A stretch of DNA of 63,247 nucleotides, counting the filler, from Intoshia linei (taxonomy: Eukaryota > Animalia > Orthonectida): NCBI GenBank assembly GCA_001642005.1. It is 8 parts of 8 records of this genome, joined end to end, with 100 filler letters (N's around TTAATTAATTAA, not from the genome) between each part and the next. Parts side by side here need not be neighbours in the genome. Positions count along the whole stretch, not along the records: positions 1 to 16,544 come from LWCA01000854.1; 7 more parts are not named here. The stretch is one strand, 5' to 3'. Position numbers and translations under genes: made by a program. A model generated the notes under the pieces. It was not told where the DNA came from and ran no database searches. It saw only the letters and a program-made list of their open reading frames with translations. Shown here in pieces: positions 1 to 12,329 of the stretch (position 1 is its first letter; every line of letters begins with the position of its first letter).

Positions 1-633
1 TCTCATTTCCTTCAAACTGACGCAACGTACAAGCTGATTTATCAGGGGTATCCAATATTAATGATAGGTAGAAGTGATATAAATCGAAAGTTTCACCCTG
101 GCGGTATTGCGATCATAACAGATGAAAAATCGGATGATTTTAAATTTTTTGTAATATATTGTTTTTTCCATATGATAAAAGCTATCACGAAGCATACTAG
201 CTTTTGCGCTATACCTAAATGTGACAGAATGGAACTTCGTCGAGATATAAATTTTCTTCAAATTTCTTCGTCGGTTGATATCTACAACGTCGCGAAGAAT
301 TTATTTCTGACAAAGTGGAATCAGTACACTCAATTTTGTCAGTATTTTATTAAACAATGGATTTACAAAAGCTGGTATGAGGCCGCAGTTTTACATATTC
401 CATCAACAAACAATTCTCTAGAGGTCACTAATGGTGTAATTAAACGACAAATGACCCTTATGGAGCGCATTCCATTGAATCAATTTTTTAATGTAATATG
501 TAAGGACATTTTTGATTTGAACAATTTCCACTATTCAGATGCTAATTTAAAGTATTGCCATAGTATCTATTTAAGTACTAAATGTTGGAATTTAAATGAC
601 GCGTTAAATCATAGCCTTTATAAAACGACATAA
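1..633 (+). mobile_element. Mutator-like (MULE) transposase remnant, open at the window edge
   Basis: The frame is open from base 1: SHFLQTDATYKLIYQGYPILMIGRSDINRKFHP. It has the MULE first-Asp motif DATYK, a CxxH motif (CFFH) and the TNNSLE catalytic-Glu motif. Confidence 0.8.
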
Positions 634-699
634 TATATCGTCCAACAAAATTATTGGCTATTCCAAAACTGTAAATCAAAATAATAATAATGAATAGAG

Positions 700-1150
700 C
701 CAGTAAGAACTTAGAAGTATACGGAAAGCGATTTAAAATAACTGTCTTTATCTAAATGTGGTTATAGCAATTAGAGTAATTGTTACTACTCCCCGCCTAA
801 ATAGTAGTCTGAAAGGTGGAGGGGAAGACGAGTGATACGTTTAGGTAAATAAATTGGTTAATTTTTTGATAATATTGGGTGATTTTTTTTAAATTTTTTT
901 GAATGTGTACTTGGTTGGTTCAATGCCTTTTTATCATAGTAAAATTTTACATTTTTATTATGTTTCGATTTTTGAATATTTAAATTATGTTGACGTTTAT
1001 GTTTTGAAACAGGATAATTAAGATCATGTAACGGTAATTTTAAATTTTTTCCATATAATATTTCAGCTGGTGAAACTCCATTTTTACATGTAGGTGAGTT
1101 CCTAATAGACATTAGGAAAAAAGGTAATAATGAGTCCCAATCATTGACTG
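700..1150 (-). mobile_element. Ty3/Gypsy remnant: integrase C-terminus, polypurine tract (PPT) and start of the 3' LTR
   Basis: WDSLLPFFLMSIRNSPTCKNGVSPAEILYGKNLKLP parallels the integrase tail at 22402-22500. The PPT GGCGGGGAGT (797-788) is followed by AGTAAC. The far end of the LTR was not located. Confidence 0.75.
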
Positions 1151-1209
1151 ATTGGTTACAATTAGTTCAGATTTTGTCTCTAATTTCATTAAATTACATT
1201 AATAAACTA

Positions 1210-1720
1210 CATTATGCACTTTTCTCTTGTCCGTCAACAGTTGGAAGTGTTCACGATTATAAAGCTTTCAAATCTAATTATAAATATATCGATTATATAA
1301 AAAAATAGAATTAAAAAAATAGCTCATGACCAACAATGACAATCGGTGGAGCTATACTGATGGATTCAGGATATATAGGAGATGCAGAGGATACACAAGA
1401 AATTTGAAAATTAGCTATTAAAAAATCAACTTAATGCATAACACAGGTGCAAATTAGACATCGCGATGAACAATGTTCTATAAGATTATCTGTTGAAAGA
1501 TTCTTTGGAAGACTAAATCAAGCTTTCTGAGTTTTTTCGGCAATCTAAATATGATCACCAAAATTTTGATATTGATTTTGACAACGCTGTATTGGTCACG
1601 AATGAATTGATTGAAGATGATCAAAAATACCAGAAAAAACATTATGCTTTTATCAGAGATAAATAAGAACACGTAAAAAAAAAGAAGACACAAATAAAGT
1701 AACAGACAGTAATATTCGGA
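1210..1720 (+). pseudogene. PIF/Harbinger- or ISL2EU-like (DDE_Tnp_4) transposase pseudogene
   Basis: Manual translation through stops and frameshifts gives GSVHDYKAF, AILMDSGYIG and IRLSVERFFGRL, which are the GSxHD, DxGY and RxxVERxFGRL motifs. It is absent from the ORF track. Confidence 0.75.
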
Positions 1721-2229
1721 ACTATAACATTAGTTACGAAAATTTGAAATACTAGAGAAACGAAAGACAAACAATATGAATATGATTAATTTCTTTCAAA
1801 GGTTCAATTATACATATCTTTACACCAACATAATTTCGATCTATTGATCATTAATGTTAGCTCTACCTTGGGTAAATCCTTCTTTAAAACTCTCGATGTT
1901 ACAACTCTCAGCTTTTCTAGTATAAGAGAAATCTTCCGAAAGGACCCAAAGGCGGTATAAATAGGAATTTATGCATTACTACAACCTTCACGTTCATTAA
2001 TTTAACTAGAACGCCTAAAAATTTGTAAATCATTGGTAAATAAACACAAAAATAAAAGTTTTGTAGACTATATTTACCGGAGATGAAAAATGGATATTAT
2101 ATGACAATTTCAACAAAAAAAACATTTGGAAATTACAAATAAAAGGTTTACAATTCATGGCCAAGCCAGATCTACATTCCAAAATTTTGGTTTTTGTAAA
2201 TCCTTACTTATATAATATGCTATGCAATA

Positions 2230-2513
2230 TTTGTATTGAACGTTTATACATTTCGAATAAAAAAATATGGGTGAAAATCTATATAATTGATTCCTTCGGG
2301 AATTTTTTCATTGCTACGCAATTTTTGATTATCAAATTCTCATTTTCAAAATTTTTTTTGAAATTTAAATTAAATCTACAACAACGAATTACTAAAAGTA
2401 ATACAACTTTGTTATCATCATTTTTATATTTATTACAATTATAAAATAAAAATTAAAAAACTCCGCCCTCGACAGAGCTACAGTTTGTACGAATTACAAA
2501 CGAGTCAAACTAG
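2230..2513 (+). mobile_element. Helitron-like non-autonomous element, copy A (5' end approximate)
   Basis: The internal segment is shared with 23170-23360 and 34630-34850. It ends in GCCCTCGACAGAGCTA, a hairpin and CTAG|T. Confidence 0.6.
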
Positions 2514-5500
2514 TAGAGTATAAGATTGACACTATAAATCGTTAATACTGTGTATAAATAAAAATTACATCCTTCAAATCACAACCAAGTAAAACCACTT
2601 GAATGGTTTTCGACAACTGACTAATCTTATTGATTTCTGGGTTAATTTTTGAAAATTGAGGACAATTAATCATAATGTACAACATAAATAAAAGTGACGA
2701 CTAAAATTGTGATACTATAAAAATAAACAATCAAAAAAAATTACATCAATTTCAATCAATTTAATTTTTTCTAGACCAGTAATATTAATCAAAATATTGA
2801 TCATATTTTTGACTGCGTCATCAATTTCTTTAAATTTTTTACATAAATACGAGGAAAATAATATTTTGACCAAATTAGTAAGTAAATTCAATTTTTTTGA
2901 ATAAAATAAGTCTTTATTCTAAAAAAAGTAAAATAAGAAACCAAAAAATTACTTTATCAAATTCAGAAATTTCAAGAAAATTCTTCAAAATATCAACCAA
3001 TTTTAAATCAACGACAAAATTTGACTTTTGAACAATAGTGTGTCCAAAATTTTTCATATCAAAACATGGTAAAATAAGACAATTGCAAAAACATTCAACG
3101 ATATATAATATAAAATCATCCAAACACTTGTCTAAAATATAAAATGTAAAGTGCAAAATAAAAAATTTTAAACCTTTCACATTTTCAATACGCTCAAAGA
3201 CAAATTCCCATAATTTCAAAAACGTTTGTTGGTTGAGTGTTTGTATAAGATTAAACACATCTCTACACAATAAAATAATTGATTAAACGAGACATACCTT
3301 TCAATCACACAGCTTAAGGATATCAAATTTTCACGTGTAAATTTATAAAATAGAGTAAAATTTTCAATAAAATTTCCATTTAAATTTTGATGATTAAAAT
3401 AATGATACAACAATGATTTTTCCGTGGCATCCGTATTTAATTTTTCAAAATTCTGAAAGTAATATTTGTGATAACTTAAATTGCATTGCATTACTTGATT
3501 CATGATGAATGTAAAAATTTTATCATATGTAGATTCACTATTTTTTTCGTGGTCGATATAAGTGTTCATCATTAAATGAAAATTCTTCTCCAATAAATAA
3601 TCAAATAAAAGGTATAAACTAATATAAAATTATACTAAACCATGCCCACGAAAGAAAGGTTCCATAGCTGTTTCCATGGATCATGATGTTAGCCATAGTT
3701 AGAAAAAATGTTGACCAAAAAGTCAACTAAATGATGATATCCATCAAATCAATATATAAAAGCTAGGAACCTTATATTAAATTACGCTTTAGATTCAGAA
3801 TTTATAAATTCAGATAAAAATAAATGTGTCAATTTTTCATCAAATTCCTTGCTGGATACACATTTGTTATAAGTTGACAAAATTGGTAGCAAAAAATTAA
3901 TTTTATTGTTGTTCACATCCTTTTCCTCTATAATCAACGAAATACACTTTTTAACAGATTTTAATCTAAAATATGATATTACAAGAGGTTGAAAATGTCT
4001 GGGTTAATTATATTTAATTGGTATTATTATACATATAATCGTCATTTGTTTCGGCCATAATCAAGAGCAGTTTATTATAAACATGGAAAGTATCATTGTC
4101 AAACCCATGGGATGAAATACATTTCTGTAACAATTTTACAAATTCAAGTGGAAAATTGAATCTAAAAATATTATTAAAAAAATTGATAACAATATAAATC
4201 AGTCTAAAAATATGATCCACATAAATGTCAGCAGTTCTTACTCTGAAGTGTTTTGAAATAGACACCACAAAACAGTGACATTTTGCATGTTTATGAAGTA
4301 TTTGCATGATTCTGATTTCGTCCAACTTAATAGATATCGAGATAGTTTTGTCGGTTCAAATCATATTGCGAATGATGTGACAACTATGTAAATAATTTGT
4401 TGACAAGTATTTACAACTACTGAAAGAAAAAAAGTAAGCGTTTGTAAGTAACACCAAAGAGTATTAGATTAAAAGTTCTCAAATGCAATGACGCTAAGTA
4501 TAAAAGTATGAGACCCACCGAGTTAAATCTTATATCCAAATAAGATTTCTAAAAAATGAACCATACATCATCATTAAAATTTAAATGGTGCTCTACTGGA
4601 AAACACTGTGGACCAAAATCATAATGAAATACATACCTATAAAAATTTTCAATAATATGTCGACATAATTCATTCGATAGATCGGAATCGACATCCAAAA
4701 GTTCAATAATTGACACTATTTCCTAAAAATGTATTATGTATTGTTATAATAATATATTGAGAATTTAAGGGCTTTACAGTGTACATCAAACCTTGAGGAA
4801 ATTTTAATGGCTTTGTAGGTACATACTTATATAAAAATTTAAAACACTATGCGTGTAGTAACATTTGAAATTTGTTAGCATTGCCATATTTTCCAACTAC
4901 TTCATATGCAGTATATAACACGCACAGTGTTAATAGGCTAAGCCAAGGGTTCCCACACTTCTTTCACGGCGGACCATTAATAAATTATAAAATTTATCGC
5001 GGACCATTAAAGCGCAATTACTAGGAAACCTTAAAAAAATTTGATAAAATACTAAGACATTTTTTGCATTAGATAAAATGTTATTACTTTTACCCTTATT
5101 GAATTGAAAAAGTGTATATTTTATGTTATATGGGTAACTGTGAATTTGCACAAATATATAATTACGCAAAATTTATAAAATTGTACAAACTATATCATAG
5201 AAGATGACAAATATTCTACTTAACAATATGTGTGTTATATACTTCATATGGAGTAGTTGGAAAATATAGAAATGTTAAAAAAATTCAAATGTTACTACAC
5301 GCATGTTAAAATATAGTAATTTTTCAAGTTTTCATAATAGGTAAAAGTGGAATTTTCCTTAAGAGTTGGTTTATTTATAATTTTAAACTAAATAATCTAG
5401 TATAACATTTACGAATAAATATTTTTTTTAAATTTCAAGAGATTTTAAAAATAAAAAACCAACACACAAATAACATAAACAAAACAAATTATTTTTTTAA

Positions 5501-5900
5501 AATAATCAAAATAAAAAAAAAATGTAAAACCGATAACAAAACAATGTTTAATGTTTTCTCGCATAAGAAATTAAACATTAGTAAATAAACCTGTAAAAAT
5601 AAATAATTTTGAAATTTTAAAATTTTTGATATGCAAACATGAAGAATTTTCTGACCGGCATTTGTTTTAATACAAATATTGATGGCTTCAATCTATAAAT
5701 AACTACAATGAATATACCAATAAACTAAACACAGAACCGAAATAACAACTCAATATTTTCCAATACAGTACTTATGTATAAAAATTTCAACTTATTTACA
5801 TAAACTTCAATAATTGAAATCTAAAAATTAAAGTCCTCAAAACTTACCAAACGTGAATGACCTGTGTGATTAAAATACATATATCAAAATTGAAAATTTC
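2505..5900 (-). CDS. Uncharacterised multi-exon protein-coding gene (5' end approximate)
   Basis: In-frame exon chain with short GT-AG introns: 2532-2568 (37 nt), 2701-2744 (44 nt) and a 35-nt intron joining ORFs 3216-3593 and 2914-3270. Further exon-like segments lie at about 3785-3965, 4014-4325 and 4565-4720. Confidence 0.55.
4850..5303. repeat. MITE-like element with about 80-bp imperfect terminal inverted repeats and an internal hAT-type end
   Basis: GCGTGTAGTAACATTTGAA...TTTTCCAACTACTTCATATG (4851-4930) is the reverse complement of about 5222-5303. An internal CCAAGGGTTCCCACACT...GCGGACCA starts near 4942. Confidence 0.7.
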
Positions 5901-6481
5901 AAAAAGCCTTATATGATAATTTCGATCCTGTTCACAAAATATATTTAACCAGTTGACAATTTAAAAAATTGAAATTTTCAAAATCCTTAAATTTTATCGG
6001 TTCATGGATCGATGCAATAGCCTAAATTTTTAATACAAATGTATACATATCAAAATCAAAAATTTTACGTTTTTAATCAGTTTATTCATATATTCAATTG
6101 AAAAGAATCAAAAAATTGGAATAATTACATGAATAATTAAATTAAATTTAAACTTTATTTATAATATTAATTATCGACCAATTCAAGCAATGAAGACAAA
6201 GTTTAAAATTAAACACAAAAAGGTTTGGATTTATTATTGCATTTAAGCATGTGTGTTATCCTTGTCATAATAGTATAACACAACTTGTGTTGAGGTTGAT
6301 GAAAAAATTTGACAATAATGATAAAGTTTACATACAGTACTACTGTACCTTTAAAATTTTAGCATTATAATTTAGGTAAAATGTAACTAGTTTTTAATTA
6401 TTCCGTTTTGATATTGTAATAATCTTGATTAAGTTAAGTTAATTAAATAGTTAAATAGTTAAATGTATTTTTTTAATAAAA

Positions 6482-9400
6482 ATGAAAATTGTGATGTTAT
6501 GAAATTCAATTTTTAGTTTAAACCGAAAATTTTGGTTAAAGATGAAATTGACAAGAAAGAAAAAATATTCAATTCTAATTTCACATTCGATCAAGATGAA
6601 ATTATTGAAAAAGATAAAATTGTAATGTTTCGATTGTATTTTATGTGTTTGTAGTTGTAAAACATTGCGATTATTACCCAGAGTATTTTTTTAGTATTAA
6701 TCCAGTTTATTTAGATTAAACCTTGTAAAAATAAAACACAAAAATTGATTGATGAAATTATTCAAAGTGTAAGTGAAATTTTAAAATTTTTGATTTTATT
6801 TGATTGCTTAGGAAAAGGAATTTAAAGATTTGGACAAGGAAGGTAATTTGAATTAATAATAAAAAAAAAATTTTTATTACTGAATTTGTCCATGCCATGT
6901 TGCAAAAGGTTAATTAAAAATCTAGAACCAGAAGCCAACCTATCAAGGCCTGGCCATGCGAACATAAAAATAGATCCCTAAAAAAAATCACAAATTATGC
7001 GTAGTGTTATAATTACCCTAGCCACCCTATGATATTTTCTAAGGTTATTGACTAACAACAAATTAACACAAAGTAGTTATGATATTCAAAAATATCATTT
7101 TTTTAATGATCAATTTGGAAAAATAAGAAATGACCATATTTTACAAAAATTTCATTGAGGCCGAAGAGGGGCCTACGGTACGGTAGATGGCACCATAGGT
7201 TTACCATTGCCTAGAATTCTGAACTTGTTTGTACTCTTTTCACCTGAACGTGATGTTCAGATTGGTTCCGCCGAATTCCCAACAGACTGAGCCACGCTCT
7301 TACCCATAATGAAGGTGTAGTTAGAAATGTAGTTGAAAAAAGTTAAATAAACCGAATATTTAGATACGGTCGTTGTCAAAGAAATCAATGTAAAGGAAGA
7401 GGAAACAGTCGAGGTTATATAAATTTTAATCAGTTTTATAAATACATTTTTCAGAACGTAAAAATGATATTTGCAGAAAAAATATCTACTGTCGAACCTT
7501 TAAACTCGTTTAATGAATTGAATTTATCACGAGTTTTGTTAAAAGTAATTTAAATTTATACCCCATTTATTTTAACCAATCAAGAATATAAATGCCATGA
7601 ATTTGTCTAAACCCACACCTATTCAAGCAGCCAGTATTCCAGTTGCTCTTTTGGGTAAAGACATTAGTGCTTCCGCGAAAACCGGCTCCGGAAAAACTTT
7701 AGCCTTCTTACTACCCATAATTGAACGATTACTATTTAAATCTCCTTCTAAACCATCTATACGAGTATTAATTGTGAGGTTAATTGAGTGTCAAATTTCA
7801 ATAACTTAATGTCGCATTTTCTAGTCCTACACGAGAATTGGCAACTCAAATTTACGATGTCGCCTTGAAATTAGTACACAACCAAAAAATTTCAATTTCA
7901 TTGACTACCGGTGGCATGGACATAAAATCTCAGTGTGCTAGTCTGAAATTGAAGCCAGATATTTTAATTGCTACGCCGGGTAGACTGATTGATCACTTAT
8001 ACAATTCGTCTGTAAGTCTATCATTTGTTGAAATTTTGGTTTTGGATGAAGCTGATAGAATGCTTGATGTTTATTTTGCCGATCAAATGAACGAATTGAT
8101 TAAACAGCTATCCAGAAAACATCAAACTCTTTTATATTCTGCCACAATGACTGAGAAGGTAATTTAATCTTTTATTTGGATGAAAATTCAATTTTGGATA
8201 ATTTAGGTGGAACATTTAATTAAATTGTCTTTGAAAAACCCAGTCAAAATTTTTATCGATCAAAAATCTAGATTACCTAAAGGTTTAGAACAAGAGTTTA
8301 TTAGAATTCGACCTGGTTATGAAAATAATCGATTGGCTATTGTGACGTCGATTGGTATTTTTTTTATTTTGGAGATTTTTATTTTTTAACTTTTATTTTT
8401 TAGTTAAACGCAAATTTAATGATAAATGTATTGTGTTTTTGCAAACCAAAAAGGATGCTCATAGAATGCGAATAATTCTCGGTTTGTTGGGTTTGAGTGT
8501 TGATGAGATTCACGGGTCCTTGTCTCAGAGGCAGCGTATAGAAGCACTGGAAAAATTTAAAAATGGGATGGTGAATGTTATTACTACTACTGATTTATTG
8601 GCGAGAGGGTTAGATATTGATAATGTTAAGACTGTTATAAATGTGACTGTTCCTGTTTCAGTGGAAAGATATGTTCATAGAATTGGTAGAACTGCTAGAG
8701 CTGGTCGTATTGGAAGGTATATTTGTATTTGTTATACAGCAGTGTTTTCAACGATTGGTGTCTAAAATTGTGAGATTATTTGGAATTATAGGGCTAACTA
8801 AAAATGTTAATAATGTAAACAAGTTGCATGGAAAAAATAATTACTAGCTTTGTCCAGGGTCCACTTTTTTAATGTTTAGCATACAGAAAATAAAAATAAT
8901 AGAATTTTTATTTCAGTATTGGCACAACTAGATACAATGTTATAAAATCCCTGTTTCGACATAGTCAGTATTTTTAGGCATTTTTGCAGTATCTGGCGTA
9001 TAAAAAGATTTTTGTCTTGATCGGAGTCTTTAGACTAGTTTTATAGAAAATCTTCGAATTTTTGGTATATTTATCTTTACGCTGCTTACTAGTTTTAGAA
9101 ATGTAATTTTGAATTTTGCTATGTCATATGTTTACCTTAAACCAGTGGAAAAAATACGACCCGTTGGCCGCATGCGGCCCGCGAAATCATGCTTCATACT
9201 TATGTTTATATTCAAATTTTGAAATTGATTGTTTACATTGTAAATTGTAAACCTTGTTTTACTTTTCTGGAGCACTTTTCAAAAAATGGTCCCCCAATCC
9301 GAGGTCCGACTGTATTTTTTAATTATTCAAATGGAATTTTGACACTTTAATATTTAAAAGAAGCAATAATATTTACAAGCCAAAATAGAATTTTATCAAT

Positions 9401-12078
9401 TTAAATCGTTTCATGTGTGTTTACGAAAGTTGTGTGGCTCGCATATCAATAAGTTTGTCCACCACTGGCTTAAACCGTGTCGTATGGTAATTTTCTATGT
9501 TTAGACTAGGGTTCATTCCAATAATTAAATAATTCGATCCATTTTTTCTGGGAAACCATGTAAAATTATAATTCCCCTTTAATTTTCTTACTGACGCAAT
9601 CACTGCTCTCGGTAGAGTTTTGTGTATTAATCTTTCTTTGTTATGTTATTAACTTATGTTTGATTGAAATTTAGAATGCCAGGTTTTGTCAAATTTAGTA
9701 CTGTAATTTTTGGAAACTGCTTAAGATTTTTTATTTATTTAATATTGTTTAGGTCAATTACACTTTTTGGTGAATCCGAAAGAAAGGTAATGAAAGGAAT
9801 TGTCAATATTTCAAATACGGATATAAAGTATAGAATTGTTCCACCGTGTATTGTTAATAGTATCATAATTATAATTAATATTTTTAATTATTTCGTAATT
9901 ATGATACGAGGGATTCAAATTAGATTCTGGGATTATAATATAATTACATAATTATCGTTATTTGTTACATAATCAAGTTTGGAATGGTCTTCACGTTAGA
10001 CCCATCCCAGTAAGCTGAGTATATGGATTTCGTTTCGTAACTGACTTAGATGAAATTTTGTAGATGTACAATTTTGATTAACTGTAAAAAATTTATTTAA
10101 AAACGCTCCATATTGCATAAACCCTGCTTAATTTCATATATCCTCTAGCAACTTCTCCACGAGTCTGGATTTTACACGGTCATGTTAAAACATTTATTTT
10201 TTAAATCCTTATTTTACAAAATTCTAGAAGAGGGTTTTAGTTCAGTAGGTTTGGCTCTGTTCTAGGGGCCTCGTTTGCTTTTGATGGCTACTATATTACG
10301 TTTTTTAAAAAGACTGAAAGGTATATTTCATTATCGTCATTATTGCTGATTCCGAGTATGCATCTAAAATATTCGAACGAGACTTTTATGGAAAATTATA
10401 CAAATTTATTTAATTTTTGATAATTTTGTGAATTGTGAATAATCGAAATTTTTTTTAATAACTATTAATTCATGAACATGGGTACATAGGAATATAGTGT
10501 ATATTACCTGAGAAAGGGCCATGTACAGAAAAATTTGATAATTTGTTTTTTATCATTGGAAAACATTTACTAATTAAATAAAAAATATTTCGCGGCCATG
10601 TTTTGTGAAATGCCATATTAGTGGAGTTTTTAATTAAATTATTAATGCATTTACTTTTACAAGCTCACTTTTATAAAATTGACATTGTTTTCACCAAATT
10701 TTTAACTGCTTTCATTAATTTTTTTTTAAATGTTCTTTTGATTTCATTTTTGAACGCACAATGGAATAAAATATGAATAATATGACCGTTTTAGTAATCA
10801 GTTGGTGAATTAACTCGAAGTGCGTTGTTTTATTTAAATTATCATTAAAATTTATGATGCGTTATTTCTGTAATACATATATGATTAATCCATTACTTTG
10901 TTTAGCCGTGATATCTCATTATCAAGAACGGATAAATAATTTAGAAAGCATTGTAGAAGAAATAATATCCAAAGATTTACAACACAAGTCATTAGAGAAA
11001 TCTGAAAACATGATTATAGCAGCAGAAAAAAAATTGTTAAATAAAAATCCAGACAAACGCGCTTGGTTTCAATCTCACCATCAAAAAAAGATTTCTATTA
11101 GTAATTTTTGTATTTTGAATATATTATTTCATTGGATCTTTGACTGATATTCACACAGCCTGTAGAATTTATTGTACCAATATAATTGTATGGTTTGGGT
11201 CTGCGTTGCGTAAATCTGTAGTAATTGTTATTATTAAAGTAATATGATTAAACTATTGTTGTGTTTTGAAAAATACTACAAAATCTTAGAAAAATGCCGG
11301 GTACATCAGGGATGAGTCATTGGAATAACACATTAGAATCTCGTGTTCATGAAACATGAGATTAGCAAAATATCATGGGTGGAAATTGGAAGCGAGTTGA
11401 CATCTAATACTTCAATACATAACTAACCATATCAGCTGAAATCACATGAAATAATTATTTTTACACTATGGAAATTTGTACCAGTCAGTTTTAAACAATT
11501 TCCCTAAAATACTGCAATGTACAAATTAAATTTAAAAAAAATTATGAATTTGAATCCACATCTAGAATTTGATCTAGATCAGGGGTGTCAATTATGCGGA
11601 CCGCATTATAATATACATTTTTATTTTTATAACAATTTTTTTCACACATTTCTTTTTTTACAGTTTTTTCATATATTTTTCATGATTTATTTATTTATGA
11701 TTACAATTTTAATATTTGTCTATACAAGTTATATTCATTATTATTGTTTATTTCATTTTATGAATTAAAACTGTTAGTTTTAACATAATGTTTATAGTAT
11801 GATTTTTTTGTGCGGCCGCGTAATAATTTTTTTTCACGTTTGGCCCGCCCAGCAAATTCAGTCTGACACCCCTGATCTAGTTAAATTTATATTTTACCTG
11901 TAATCAATGATTACTAATCATTAATTTTTGATAATTGCTTATTAATAATTGTTTTAGGAAATCTCAGCAAAAATTTCAAATCTTCAACTGTACATTGTAA
12001 GTTTTACCGTAATATAATCATATAGCTGTAATTTTAGCTGTAAATAAACCAAAATTGAAAAAAAGAAAGAGAAAGTAA
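6482..12078 (+). CDS. DDX27: DEAD-box RNA helicase DDX27/DRS1 (60S biogenesis), multi-exon
   Basis: Spliced motifs are [29 protein letters not shown] (across intron 7779-7824), TPGRL, DEAD, SAT, ARGLD and [10 protein letters not shown]. Family-type segments are [22 protein letters not shown] and KRAWFQ. Start and last exon are less certain. Confidence 0.9.
11580..11874. mobile_element. Buster-type hAT MITE (295 bp) in a DDX27 intron
   Basis: Terminal inverted repeats (TIRs) are CAGGGGTGTCA and TGACACCCCTG. The 8-bp TSD is ATCTAGAT/ATCTAGTT with central TA. GCGGACCGC and GCGGCCGCG subterminal motifs are present. Confidence 0.9.
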
Positions 12079-12329
12079 AAATGTATAAAAAAATAAATTA
12101 TACAAAAGTAGTAGTATATTTTTGTAACTTCTATAGTTTAATCCTATTATAAACGGCTTAAAGGGATTACCCGTAACCGACTTTGAAACATAATCTCATA
12201 CAATTTCTATTATACCAATACCTAATATTTTAACATTTACCATCGGAACATTATTTACCATTTATCTGATAAAATACAGCTCTAAAAATATTAGTAAATC
12301 TTTGTAACTTTTTCATCTTTTTCAATCCA

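Noticed and set aside
2914-3593. Overlapping ORFs as programmed frameshifts (also in DDX27 and 54726-55604)
   Set aside because: Short GT-AG introns restore the reading frame in each case.
7156-7322. RNase P RNA or group I intron call from the minus-strand GGGAATTCGGCGGAAC
   Set aside because: It resembles a CR-I or P element, but I found no complementary CR-V/P4 strand and no R/S elements. It is kept only as an unassigned candidate.
9421-11768. Short Ile/Phe/Asn-rich ORFs in introns and opposite real genes (many across the window)
   Set aside because: They are compositional artefacts of AT-rich DNA or shadows of MITEs and exons, with no recognisable motifs.
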